From Pseudovirgaria hyperparasitica (lineage: Eukaryota): a DNA stretch of 64,000 nt. Positions 51,513-64,000 of this stretch are shown here, piece by piece (position 1 is the stretch's first letter; the number at the start of each line of letters is the position of its first letter). The notes below the pieces were generated by a model that was given only the letters and a program-made list of their open reading frames with translations, was not told the DNA's origin and made no database searches. The stretch lies in assembly GCA_010093815.1 (NCBI GenBank), contig ML996572.1; one strand, written 5' to 3'. The position numbers and the translations under genes were made by a program.

Positions 51513-52822
51513 AAAACAGGCAATTTCGACAACAGTGAAAGAGTACTGGAAGGAAAGCGGGAGAATGCATGCAAAATGTAAAAGGGACCCGATTGCGTCA
51601 TTGTCTTTTAGGAACAGGTGCATGGAGCTTTTGGCAGTGGCAATAGAAATTCATAGGATAACGGCGGGACACATTTTGACGGGGTGACTTTGTTGGGTTG
51701 CGCGCTTGTTTGCTTTTTTTTATTGTTTGGGAAATGATTATGTTGGAGGACGAGAGGAGGAGGAGGAGTTCTTCTTATCTTTTGGAAACCATTGATAAAA
51801 ATCCTCTTTTTTTGACTGCAAATGACGCCGGTGTAGGAAGTGTGTTTGTGTAATACTACTGTTTTGAGAGAATGAAAAAAAATATACATATATAACCTTT
51901 GACGAACTGTGCGAAATCTGGAAAGCAGACACTTTCACTGTCGAACGAACTGGACTTGAGGATGTTCTTCTGGACAAATACGGCCCTCATGTATCTCAGA
52001 TCATACATTGAATAGTTGCGGCTGAGACTTATTGGCAGAATGCAGAGTCATATTCGTTCTCCAACCCCCTCTCTAACAAGTCTCTTGACTCGTTATCCTA
52101 GAAAATGAATAATACTACATGAGCCGCGGAGGCATAGATTGTCATATGTCGATAGAGAAAATTTATACTGGCGTCACTATTAGAATTAAGTGGCTTTTGG
52201 AAGATGTTGTATGCTTGTCCCTAGTCTGATTCGTAGGCAGCCATTTCAAGACTGTGTATTCTCACTGAGTTAGCTCTTGGGTCGCAGATACATAGAGTGA
52301 TTATATTTATGCTTGATTATAATGTGCTTATCCTTAGATATAATAGTAGCCAAATTTATACGCGGAAGGAGCTTGTGATTCAAGTGAGTTATTTGGGTTT
52401 GCAAGAATACGGACTAGCCCCAATTCTGCCCTATCTTAGAGTCATAGTGTTCCGGTATGAGAGTAGTTAGAGAAGTACGAAGATTGGGAGACGATAAAGG
52501 TGTATTATATGAGAGTCAACCTGTCTAGGAGCAGTCCTTATAAGAATACCTAGATGCACATGATCTTGATATAGCACTGGTGTTGATGCACAGAAATTTC
52601 TGCACAGGACAGAAGTGTCGCAAAGCACTGTGCGGACTATAGAGGCATAATAGATGTTAACGTTGTTGGAATATGATATATACATGGAAATAGGTCTGAA
52701 TAGCCAACTAGGCCGAAAGCGGTAGGCGTGTTCGTCTCGCACCGGCAAGTAATGAAAACCTCTATAAACACCGGTCACATCTTCTCCTGCTAAGATTCTG
52801 CTCCCGCACACACCATAGACAG

Positions 52823-54117
52823 TCATATCCTCCCGCCGAGAACATTCTTGAGTATCGGAAGGATACTCCCCACAAGCTCCAGGAGTGACTGTGCGTCGTC
52901 GATGTATTTTCCCAGCTGCGGATATTTTCCGGATAGCCACAAGGTAAGATACAACTGGTCTGGCGCAGTGTATGACTTCTTGGCTGGCGGCAGTACCTTC
53001 GTACATTCCTTGAGAGAATTTATATTCTTGACGCCCAGTAGACTCAGGCGAACATACTCTTGCGCATAGTCCTGCATCGATTAGTAAGACAACAGGATCA
53101 CGCAGCAATAACACTCACCTCGTTCCAGTGACTCTGACCATTGACGAACTCGTTCCACTCACTGGAAGCTCTTGGATCTTTGCTCAAGGCAACATCACTC
53201 GCAAACTTGAACACTCTGACGGGCGGGTTTGGCTGCAACGTCTCGCCGTAGAACTTCACGTCCCATACTCCTGGAGTGCTATCCTGAGGGTCGCCGTCTC
53301 GCGATATGTTGACGAAGTGCTGCTGGCTTGTTGTGTGCGCTCCCACGAGAGCGACCAAGCCGTGTGGATCAATGGTTTTTTGCCGGAACATGTCGATGAG
53401 CTTGTCCGCTGAGTCGTTCACACCCGGTAGCAGTCCTTCTGGGTTGGCCTTGGGGTTATCTATGCGTCCAACATACGACTTGATTCGTGGACCAAGAGGA
53501 CACACTACAGTCGCCACTGTGGCTCCGAACTGGATCATGTCTGCCATACTGATACCATAGGGCTGGTACTGCTTGTACCATGCCTTTGTGACGGCGGCTA
53601 TATCCTGGAGTCCTTTGTTGTCGACACGGTCCAGCTCGTTGGTGAGAAGGATACTGCCGTCTGCTCCACCAAAAGCAGAAGTTTTGCTCCAGGCCCCTGC
53701 ATCGTGGAACCCTAGACGAACAGCCGCACGCGCAAACCTAGTGCATCGTCCAGAAGAGCCGGCGAACTTCTTGATCATGGCCAAAGACAACCATTTGTAT
53801 GCACAGCACGTGTCTGCGGCGCAAGCCTTCGATCCCAAGGGCGGCGTTATGGTAGTATCTATCGTAGACGATTCTGCCGAGCCCGTTCCCAGCAGTATGG
53901 ATTTGATGTCGGCGGCAACAGGCGTTAGCTGCGAGTCGGAGAGTGTCAGTAGATCACCGATGAGCTCCTTTGGTTCGTCTCCATCGTTATTTGTTTGACG
54001 CTTGCCCATGGACATCACGTCCTTCAGGGTTGTGGTCATTCCGGGCCAAGAGAGAGCATATTGGATGTGGAAGAGGAAAAGGGAGGTAAGGACTGCGAAT
54101 ATTGAGGCCTTCATCAT
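52823..54117 (-). CDS. Secreted class II heme peroxidase (AA2-like, ascomycete generic type)
   Basis: Signal peptide and KR site; CC; distal RLGFHDA; GGADGS; ADMIQF; CPLGP..GRID; proximal VGAHT; DSTPGVWD; intron ~53072-53118; SLLGV..CT. Confidence 0.9.
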
Positions 54118-55111
54118 GGCCAGTTAATGGCAAAGGGGTATCAACGAGAGACCAGAAAAAAAAAGCAATGACCGGTAGTGCAAAGTGATGACGAAGATGA
54201 ATCGAAGAGAGAGAAAGAATGGATGCTGGATGCTGCTCGTGTGTTGAACACACAGATGCAGATTACAAGACCTAAATACAACACATCAACAACCCTTCGC
54301 CTCCGACTACTTGTCCCATCCTAAAGGGGACATTGGATAGCCACCACTGTACAGACCTGCATCTCGCCTCTGCCACACAGCATCCACAACATACGACTTC
54401 GCACTTCCTCGCATACGAAATCCCCATCCACAACGCAGTTCTCATACGTTCCAGATCCAGCTCTTCCACAAGGCGACCAGTCATATCACTCCCATTACCG
54501 AGACCAGCCAGGGCCCTCGAAACAACATAGCAGCAGCATAAAACAAGCTCCCCCGGCGCCCCCGTATCGTACGCCACCAGACAGGGCACTATCGTCAACA
54601 TACCTTCCACCGCACGGCCCACGCGCCGAGCCCAGAACCAAACACAACAGCAAGCAGCACGCACCAGACTGTAATACCCAGAAGGACGGAAAGGGTGGCA
54701 AGGAAAAAAGGAATCGGGAGTTCGGCGAGTGCGTCCCGAGGCGCATGTGGATACTTACCCCTTCCATGCGTGCACAGCTAATTATACATTCAATCCGTAT
54801 CCCGCTTCTGCACCCCTGCTTGATTCTTGAAATTCGCAGGCAATGTTCGTATGTATGAAAGAATCAATGACGCGCGCCTCGCGTGTCAGCGCGTCAGCAT
54901 ACCTACTTGCCTGCCTGCCTGCCTGTCTGCCTGACATACGAACACGATGATGCTGCATCTGATCCTATCCATGCACGTGGTCAGAAGCCGCAGCAGTAAT
55001 ACAGAGCATGTAGTGTTGCATTTTTCACGTGCCGCCCCCGGACCTTCCCGTTGCCAAAATCACACACACACCCTTTTCTCTTTCAATTTCAAGTCACGAG
55101 AACGTAACAGT

Positions 55112-55395
55112 CACACACACACACACACACACCGCATCGATAATCACAGCAAATCGGGATCGAAAGCAAAAATGATAATCTAGACTTTTCTCCCGCTTCG
55201 GCCGTGCCTGCCCTGCCCGTTCAGTCGGTTACCGGCAATACGATATCATAGTAGCCCGCACGTTCCTTGTTACTGGATATAGATAGTTAGGCTATTGTTT
55301 ACTAGACAGATTAAGCAATTTAATTATTAGTCAGGTACTAGTCTGCTCCCCCCGGGAAATTGTTGGGGAGGGGAGGAGGAGGAGGAGGAGGAGGA
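55112..55395. repeat. (CA)n and (GGA)n microsatellites between the peroxidase and GT31 genes
   Basis: CA run at about 55112-55131 and GGA run at about 55372-55394. Confidence 0.8.
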
Positions 55396-55834
55396 AGAGG
55401 GAAAACATTCGCCCAGATTGCGCTCCAGACTTTCCTTCGGGTGCTGAACTGACATGCTAGACGACCCGACAAGGTCTGTAATTATGTACTGTACTGTATG
55501 TATGTAGATAGAAGGTGGCTGATTACCTACAACAGCGCTACGAGGCCCGGAAATGAGGAGGCGTTTTCGATTGCTGCTGATAAAGTTAGAATCGTCAAAT
55601 TATACTAGTAAACAGTAAATTGTGCTAATGTTATATCTATGGCTCGTCAATGTACGACATGCAGCTACGCTTTTTCCGGGTTTTTGATACGTATATACAT
55701 ATATCGATAGTAGTAGGGTATAATATATCGTGCCACCTCCTCCCGGGCCCGAGACCATCTCCTGAACGCCTTGAATGCATTTAAAACGATAATGATAATA
55801 ACCATCCACAGCAGCTGTAGTATATGTCCCATGT

Positions 55835-57425
55835 TCAATCAAACCTGTACGCCCCAGCCCACGGCTTCTTGCACCTCCCCAGGCGCTCCTTGAAAGCCGT
55901 TATCCGCTCTAGCATCCAGCCCGACGTCGGCCGCGCGCTTTTCAAAAACTTGGTGATATCCTCGCTGTCCCGTTCAACATGGTGGATAGTGTCCAGACTC
56001 GGATCCAAGGAGGAGCTCGAGTCGAGATTCGGATCTGACAAGCTCGACTCGACATCTTCAAGATTCGGGCCTGGCGAGCTCAAGCCGATGGTATCGAGGC
56101 TCTGCTCGGGGAAAAAATCGGGCGAGATGGCCTGGCCCAGACGGACGACGTGGTTCGTGCGGCAGGATCCTGGTGCGAAATGCCACTGCATGCACTTCCT
56201 GTTCATCTCGCAGAGCTTGCGGCAGTGGTCGATGGTGGGCGGGTGGAAGGGGGTTTGCACGTCGTTGGACATGTTGTCCCAGTCCAGGCGCTCGGATTGG
56301 ATTTCGGGGAGGATGAAGGCATCGAACATGTGGCGGTGGTAGATTGTCTGGTTGGCTAGGTGCTGGGAGTGTATATCAGCACTGTATCACATATTTCGAG
56401 CCGTACACATATGGTATGGGCAGAAAACTTACCGGTGAAGTGATCCACGCCTGCTCGAATTCCCATACCCTTCGGATCCAATTCGGGGGCATATGGTGAT
56501 ATGTCACGACGGGATGACACCAGTGATTTTCGGTGAAATCTAGTGTGTATGGTGTCTCGCCCTGGATCATGGGGAACGCCTCGGTAAGCTGCAATCCCAC
56601 TTTCCGGAATGCTACGCTTAACGCGCGATCACCAGCCCAATCGTCGCCTGAGATCTTTTCAAATAGCTCGATGTTACGGGCTTGCTTCTCGACTAGCATC
56701 TGCATCGCTGGCTGTGAGATGATGATGCCACTGCCGCCGTGCCCAAACTTGACGGCGCCGCCCCATGTCTGACCTCCAATATACATGGGCTCGCTGGGAT
56801 CCAGCGTGTTAAGCCAGTGTAAGATATTGCTCCATAGGATAGAGGTGTCGGCTTCAATGACGACGTACCACTTTGCGGAAGGACGCATAGCGTATGCCTT
56901 AGACATCAACGGCAGAAACTTCCACTTATCCAGATTCCACGCCTTGTCACGCACACTGGATTGGCGGCCATGTGTCTCGATGAGCGCAGAAATATTCCTG
57001 CCTTCGGCTTTGTACCTGTGTAGGTCATGGTAGAAATCTAGCTCTGGGTACTCTTTCAGTGCGACCTCACTGAGGTCATCGAGGGCATCGTGGACCGGGA
57101 GACCTTGAATCTCCTCCTCTAGATCGGAAAAGATGGCAAAGTCGGGGACACAATGCAGTGTCGTCTCGAGATGGATCGGAAGCCTATGATGGACCTCGGT
57201 CGCGCCCGTCCGTACTATAACAAACACGTCCTCGGCGCCGGGCAGGTGTGCGCATGGCAAATCTGCTGGCGTCCACTTCGTAGTCGAATGCAGGACAGAG
57301 CGACGCCAGGAATCGAGCGAAGGATGTGGGAGAAACTCAAGATAGACGACAAAGATGAGGAATGTTAGTAGAGGAATGATTCCTCTTCGCCGCGACGGCG
57401 CAGAGGGTGGTGACCAGGCCATCAT
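55835..57425 (-). CDS. Glycosyltransferase family 31 (Fringe-like), type II membrane protein
   Basis: N-terminal TM; RTGATE..RLPIH; AWNLDKWKFLP; KWYVVIEADT; FGHGGSGIIIS; WAGD; WCHPVVTYHHM; Cys-rich C-terminus; one intron. Confidence 0.88.
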
Positions 57426-59337
57426 GTTGTCGCTCGCTTCAAATCACACACTTTTTCGCAGAGGCCAGATAGCCCACAGACGTAAAACGCAGGATTCGAT
57501 TCGTGTCAGCTCATCGATCGTTGCTCAGTCGTCGTACAAGGCGCAGACGAGTACGACTGTTCGTACGTGTTTATGATCACCCCGTCAGGACAATCGCCGG
57601 GATAGACACGAGAATAATGATAGAAGGTAAGGATCACCGTACAGGGTGTGAAGGCACACGTCCACAGCATCATCTATAAAAGCAGCCGCGAGGGGTGATC
57701 GCCCCACGGAATTACCGTGTATTGAGGTCTCGACATGGCAGTACGAGTCCCGATGCGTCGAGGCATACGGAACACGGTCTTGTGGCGCCGGACTAGGGGG
57801 GTCGCGAACACGAACGTGAGGTTTTATCAGGGGATCACCGTGAGACTTCGGACGCTTATGCAGTCTTCGTGTTTGTTTCGAATAGTGATGCATATAGTAG
57901 TTGAGCGAGTTTGAAAGACCGCCATAACATAGTATTTGATGGGAGATGCGCTTCCACAATGTGCCTGTCGTGTTGGTGAAGATAAAGGTGGAAGATAGTG
58001 ATGTCTTCGTTTTTGGTGGCTGATCTGGACTTGCGGGCGATATATGCACTAGTCCTAATTTGACTAAGGGTAGTGAAAGTCATGATAGGCCTCTTTGTCA
58101 GGCTGCATTAGCGTAGAATATGTTGTCCCTCGAGTGCATCTTCGTTTCCTTGTTCTTAGGATCGAATTACTCCAATTCTGTATCATCAAATGAAGCATTC
58201 GAGCCAACATCGCAGCTCTCTACAATGGAATCTCCACCAATGTGCCCATCGACCCCTGATTCTGACTCCTTTATCGTACCATAAAACCTCTTATATTCTT
58301 CATTGGCCTGTCCATTGACTCTCCCGTATCAAGGAAGTTGACGATCTTTGACGCGATAATCTTGAGCCAGAGCTAACTAAAGATTCGGACGTCGTGATGT
58401 CAACTTGAAGTCTTGAAGCTGTCGTCCTGCTGGTTGGAAGCGCAGCTTCATTCAATTATGACTGTCTGGTACCTCTCCAACAGCGAGGATTTACTATACT
58501 CGATATGCCATCTTTGTTCTTCTAGACCATAAGTCCCATAGTCACGACATAAGCACTCCATCGAACCGCAATTCCTAACTCCCCAGCTTTTCCAAAGACT
58601 TTGCGCCAGACCCGGTCAGTAGTAAGGTCGAGAAACAAGTCGAACGAGTTGCAATACAATTATCTCTGATATTGTATCCATAATTCCCATAGGACAGCAT
58701 ATAGTATTACTCTCTTCGAAGAACATGCTCAAGCTCAAAAGCAGTCTGTAAGAACTCCAGTGTAGTCCAGATCGTGGCGATTAAATCGAGACATGACGTT
58801 CCATACGATAGGTACCCTTTGTTCCAGAACACATTAGCAGACATATAACATCATGAGAATGAAATCGAAGATATATAGTGTTCGACCAAGCATGCTATAG
58901 CAATAAGTGATCTTGTTACCCCTCCCGGATAACACTAGGTATACACAACAGTCCAACAACAGGGATCCCCGCGCCCCAATGACGTCCTCGCAACAACGAA
59001 TGGGGGCCGATTGAACAAACAACCACACAGGCCCAATTATAGAAATTAGACCCCTTGCATGCCGATCCGATCCATCGTGCAGATTTAGCTCAACGTAGAA
59101 GTATCTTCAGCCAACGAGAGCGCAAAGATATGCCAAGATGTGTTGGTTCGCATGTTTGGATGGTGGGTTGGAAAGAGGTTTATGGCCCCCCGAAACGCAA
59201 TGACGTTTGACGTTTAATGTCTCGTAATAGTAGTGATCTTTGGAGATGGGAAGTCGGTGTTCGTAGTCGATATTCGTTGTACTACTCACTTCTCTGAGAG
59301 TGTGTCCGACTCTGAGTGCTCACAAGAACAATATACA

Positions 59338-60374
59338 ATGGCATCTGACAAGATACACGACATAGAATCTGAGAGTCTCCTCCCCAGCTCGACAACCCAG
59401 TCTCCGAAGCACGCGCCACAATCACCAGCTGCCCGGATTCTCCTCTGGACGTCGTGCTCGCTAAACATCCTCTTCTTCGTTCTCAGCATCTTCGTCTTTG
59501 TACACTGGACCGGGAACAATCAAGCCATACAATCATCGTACGAGACGGGATTCAAATCAGATCTCGGTATGAGAATGCAGTCCATTTCACACAATCTGCT
59601 CTTACATACTGACTGATACACTTCATTCCAAAAAGACCCGGTCAAGTCTGAAGTCAGAGTAATCCAGACCACGTACACGGGCGGTGTAGAAGTCGACGAA
59701 GATGGGCACTTCTTCACGACCCACTCCGCAAATCAATACGTTGGCAAACCGAGTCCTGACATCGACATTGCGTGGAGCAAGCTGCTGAGAGGTATGTGTG
59801 ACGACAGGACGATAGTGAAACGAAAAAAGCTATTACTCATGGGTCATTGAAAGGCTTGAACATCGACCTAGACCCTACATCTTCAAATCTGCAGGGGAGG
59901 ACTTTCGCGTGGCCAGAGTCCGGCTTTGCGTTCACTGGTCTCGAGGTCTACCACTCTCTGCATTGTCTGGTATGTCCCCTGAGCCAATACAAAGCATATG
60001 TGCGTCGACTAATTCGGTACTATGCAGAACCGTCTCCGTCAAGCGCTGTACCCCGATTATTACGATATGTTTAGCAATCCGAATGATCCGGATCGAGAAG
60101 ACCATATAGGTTCGTTTGCATGGCGCCACGCAATGAGCACGTAGACTGACGAGCATAAGGGCACTGCATCAATCACCTCCGCCTGGCGATCCAGTGTCAC
60201 GCCGACCTCACGCCGATGGAGTGGAAACTAAGTGGCAATAAAGTCGTGCTTAATACAGCAACGCAGCATACGTGTAGGGACTTTGAGAAGATCGATGCTT
60301 GGGCGGTAGAGCGGAGGACGAGGTTTGAAGATATAGAAAGTGTGAAGAATGGTAGTCTCATTGTGGTGGATTGA
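59338..60374 (+). CDS. DUF3328/UstYa-family oxidase (two HxxHC motifs)
   Basis: Five exons splice to an N-terminal TM plus YVGKPSPDIDIAWSKLL..GLEVYHSLHCL|NRLRQALYPDYY..DHI|GHCINHLRLAIQCHADLTP..HTCRDFEKIDAWA. Confidence 0.9.
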
Positions 60375-60997
60375 TAGCAGAGAATTGCGTATATGGTCCC
60401 GACGTGCATGGTAGAACGATATCGTGCTAGAACTTGGTGATAGGTCGCGTGCAACGATGGAATTGTAAAGCTGAGTAGGATCTCGACTCTTGAGCACCAA
60501 CTTTTGGCTGTTCTAGGATGACTGCATCACTCGCTACTGATGTCGTCCAAGAATTCGTCATAGAGCCGATTAACCTTGAGTGCTCTATACGCGTTGTTTC
60601 GTAATTCCAAGAGCCATGTTCGATCTATGCGAGAACATGTTTTCCCCTTTGGCACTTCCTATGTTGAGCTCTGTATCCATTTCCTTATGTCTTTGGTGAC
60701 TAGCAGGATATCTCCATAATAGATACCAGGAACGATTGGCAAGCCAAGAGTAGATGCAAAGCAATGCTGTCAACGCATCATAGGATGCCCTCAATTGGAG
60801 AGTATCGCAGCAAACTTGCTGAGACTTGATCCCGAAAGCGCAATGAGCTATTCGATGGTATTCTCGGCGACAGCAAGTCAGATACCACGAAAGCAATCCG
60901 CTTGCTCACAGCGGCCATCCAAGAAAACGTATTGATTCGGAGGCTACTTTGCCAATCGTGATGGTGTTTATCGTCTGTTTGAGAGTTCCCGCTGTTC

Positions 60998-61426
60998 TCA
61001 CTTTCCCGTCACGCCAGTCGCCACCGCAACACTCCTCAACACACCCCTTAACCTCTCGACCTCTGCCTCGAGTTCTTGAATCTCCTCCTCTTGTTCCTCA
61101 ATACTGCGTTCCATATCCGGCAAGCCCTTCACGCTGTGTCTCGCCTTCTGGATGCTCACTTTCAGCGCCGTCGCAGTTGCCGAGAGGTCTTGGATTTCTA
61201 GCGGCTGGCTCTCGTCATTGGTAGTGTCGCCGTCTAGTGTACCAGGCGCCGCGGCAGAGTGAGGAAGGAGGAGACGTGCGAGTAGAGCATGGAGTTCGGG
61301 GAGGATATCGAAGGTTCCGGGCTGTGGAAGCTGGGGAGGAGCTGTGATTGTGCCTGCTGCAGGTGGTTCGGTTGGATAGCGAGATTGAGTGGCGACGGCG
61401 GGTGTCGATGGTGACGAGGCTGACAT
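60998..61426 (-). CDS. MED9: Mediator subunit Med9 (Cse2)
   Basis: LPQPGTFDILPELHALLARL..QDLSATATALKVSIQKARHSVKGLPDMERSIEEQEEEIQELE matches the fungal Med9 pattern; ATG taken at 61426. Confidence 0.82.
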   Translation of the reverse strand: MSASSPSTPAVATQSRYPTEPPAAGTITAPPQLPQPGTFDILPELHALLARLLLPHSAAAPGTLDGDTTNDESQPLEIQDLSATATALKVSIQKARHSVKGLPDMERSIEEQEEEIQELEAEVERLRGVLRSVAVATGVTGK

Positions 61427-62026
61427 GGTGACAGTCGTGAAGCACGTTGGGATGAGTGATAATAATAGTAGTAGTAATTGTAATAGGTGCAGAAAAGACG
61501 CGTTCAGAACTGGGGACGGAGGAGGGTTATGCCAAGAGCGGAGCGGATCCATGGTGGGGCGGTGTGAATGACCCTATAGCGATGGAGGATATGGATACTA
61601 ATACTACCTCATATCTAGAGACCCGAGCATGCTTTTGTCGTATACAATCACAGTTATAGTACGTGTAGCTGAGGATATACCTCGCAGCCAATTACGCTTC
61701 TACGTATAAGAAATCCGAAACTCTTCTGTCTTTCTTGGTTATTGGAAGTGCAGAAATCACCCACGGCCAAGCTGAGCCATTTCAGGCTGACCTCGGGGAC
61801 TGTCGGGGTCTTAGGTCTACCTATCGAGTGACGTGGGGCAGCGCCCGCCGCGTGTAAATTTCTGGTCGCATTCCACGACGCCCGCGCTGAAGCCAACTAC
61901 CCCTCCAGACTTATCAACTCCGCTCCTAATTAATCACTTTACTCGCCCAGTCTACGCAAATACACTGCACATCTAACAGTCTTATTTGATCAGATAGCCT
62001 TTAGTTATAGCAGTACGCATCATACC

Positions 62027-63698
62027 ATGGTCGACCAAAAGACCTGCCTCATCGTCATCGACGGTTGGGGCGTAGCATCCGAGACGTCTAGGAAGGATGG
62101 CGATGCTATTCTTGCTGCAGACACTCCCGTCATGGACGACTTTGCTAAAGAAGACTCCAAGTCTGCGTCGGGATACACAGAGCTTGACGCGTCCTCCACC
62201 GCCGTCGGACTTCCGAAAGGCCTCATGGGCAACAGTGAAGTCGGCCATCTAAACATTGGTGCTGGTCGCATCGTATGGCAAGATGTTGTCCGCATTGACC
62301 AGACCATCGAGGATGGCAAATTGAATCAAAACAAGCAGATCCTGAACTCCTTCAACAGAGCCAAGGATGGAAATGGTCGCCTACATCTTTGTGGTCTGGT
62401 GTCTGATGGTGGAGTGGTAAGCTGCACGCCATCTTTTAGACACGCCTATGGCTGACTCTTCTGTAGCACGCCAAATTGGACCACCTCGTCGCTCTCCTCA
62501 AAGTTGCCAACGAGATTGGCGTTCCAAAAGTCTTCATCCACTTCTTCGGCGATGGCCGCGACACCGATCCCTACTCCGGGTTAGGACACATGAAGGATCT
62601 AATCAAGCTTACCAAGGAGATAGGTACCGGAGAGATCGCGACAGTCGTTGGCCGTTACTACATCATGGATCGCGACCAGAGGTGGGATCGTGTAGAGATT
62701 GGCATGAAGGGCCTGGTGACAGGAGAAGGAGAAGAGACCGATGACCCGGTCAAAACCATGCAAGAGCGATACGATAAGAAAGAGTCAGATGAGTTTATGA
62801 AGCCCATCGTTGTTGGCGGAAAGGAGCGACGTATCCAGGATGACGACACCATCTTTTTCTTCAATTACCGATCCGATCGTGTCCGCGAAGTTACGCAACT
62901 GCTTGGTGGCTTCGACCGTTCACCAAAGCCAGACTTCCCGTATCCCAAAAACACGCACCTGACCACAATGACCCGCTACAACACTGCATTCGAATTCCCT
63001 ATCGCGTTTCCTCCTCAGGTGATGGATAATGTCTTGGCTGAATGGCTAGCGAAGAAGGGCCTGAAACAGTGCCACATTGCTGAGACGGAGAAGTATGCTC
63101 ACGTCACATTCTTCTTCAACGGCGGTATCGAGAAGCAATTCGAAAACGAGGATCGAGAGTTGATTCCTTCGCCGAAAGTAGCAACTTATGATTTGCAGCC
63201 GACCATGAGTGCAATGGCAGTTGCAGAGAAACTAAGCGAGCGAATTTCCGATGGCAAGTATGACTTCCTGATGAACAACTTTGCGCCACCAGATATGGTT
63301 GGTCATACTGGTGTGTACGAAGCTGCCATAAAGGCCTGCACAGAGACCGATAAAGGTATCGGTCATGTCCTCGAGACGTGCAAGAAGGAGGGCTACGTTC
63401 TGTTTGTGACAGCTGATCATGGGTAAGTAATTCGATGAGAAGGCCTGAGATGGGCCATGCCAATCTGAATGCTAACCTGATGAATAGCAACGCCGAAGAG
63501 ATGCTCAACGAGGAGGGCAAACCCAAGACTTCTCACACGCTCAACAAGGTGCCCTTCGTGATGGCCAATGCGCCAGAAGGGTGGAGCCTTCAAAAGAAAG
63601 ACGGTGTTCTCGGCGATGTTGCGCCCACGATTCTAGATGCAATGGGAATCGAGAAGCCAGATGATATGGATGGTAAGAGTTTGCTCGTGAAGGCATGA
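62027..63698 (+). CDS. 2,3-bisphosphoglycerate-independent phosphoglycerate mutase
   Basis: LIVIDGWG, GLMGNSEVGH, SDGGV|H, DGRDT, GRYYIMDRDQRWDR, FNYRSDR, AETEKYAHVTFFFNGG, PDMVGHTG and TADHG|N; two introns. Confidence 0.97.
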
Positions 63699-64000
63699 TT
63701 GAAGATGATGTGATTGTAGTTTTGGCATGGCGGAAGGTGTTGCGGGTATAGAAAGAGCTGCTGTGAGCTACGTTGGTGTAGAAAATCCCGTGTTGATGAT
63801 GATAGAAGCGGTTTGCTGTCGTGATAGACTCCCGAACTGAATATATACTCTGTTGAGTGTGATTCTTGGTGGAAATGCGTACGTGTATGTCTTTTGTTGG
63901 TGGCATAGGACAGGACCTGGAGTTATTAATGAGGGTGCTCATCCCCGCGCTAACCTTCCATTTCGAGCAGGGATCTTTGCAACACCAAAATCTGCCCCGC

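Noticed and set aside
59079..59155. GCAGATTTAGCTCA...GAGAGCGC...GGTTCG looks tRNA-like
   Set aside because: No acceptor stem, T-arm or consistent cloverleaf can be formed.

Overview
Eukaryotic, intron-rich DNA from a filamentous ascomycete. GT-AG introns of about 45-160 nt with CTRAY branch points and the gene content point to Pezizomycotina; a Dothideomycete is plausible but is inference only. I can support 24 protein-coding genes. Most are housekeeping genes: CHO1, GAR1, THS1, ClpP, AMMECR1-family, acrB-like, LYRM5/ETFRF1-like, CCR4, SEC14, SMC4, SWI1-like ARID, MED9 and cofactor-independent PGM. There is also an RNAi-type RNA-dependent RNA polymerase. An accessory-looking block at about 52.8-60.4 kb encodes a secreted class II peroxidase and a divergent pair of a GT31 glycosyltransferase and a DUF3328/UstYa-type oxidase, with no precursor peptide visible. 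Manual splicing revealed features the ORF track misses: a thioesterase gene that apparently needs a single-nucleotide exon, a spliced 49-aa secreted peptide, an 84-aa LYR protein, splice-dependent uORFs ahead of SWI1 and CCR4, and a hairpin-dense intergenic segment at about 47.05-47.41 kb. I found no intact transposon, tRNA, rRNA or CRISPR array. All identifications come from motif recognition by eye; no database searches were run.
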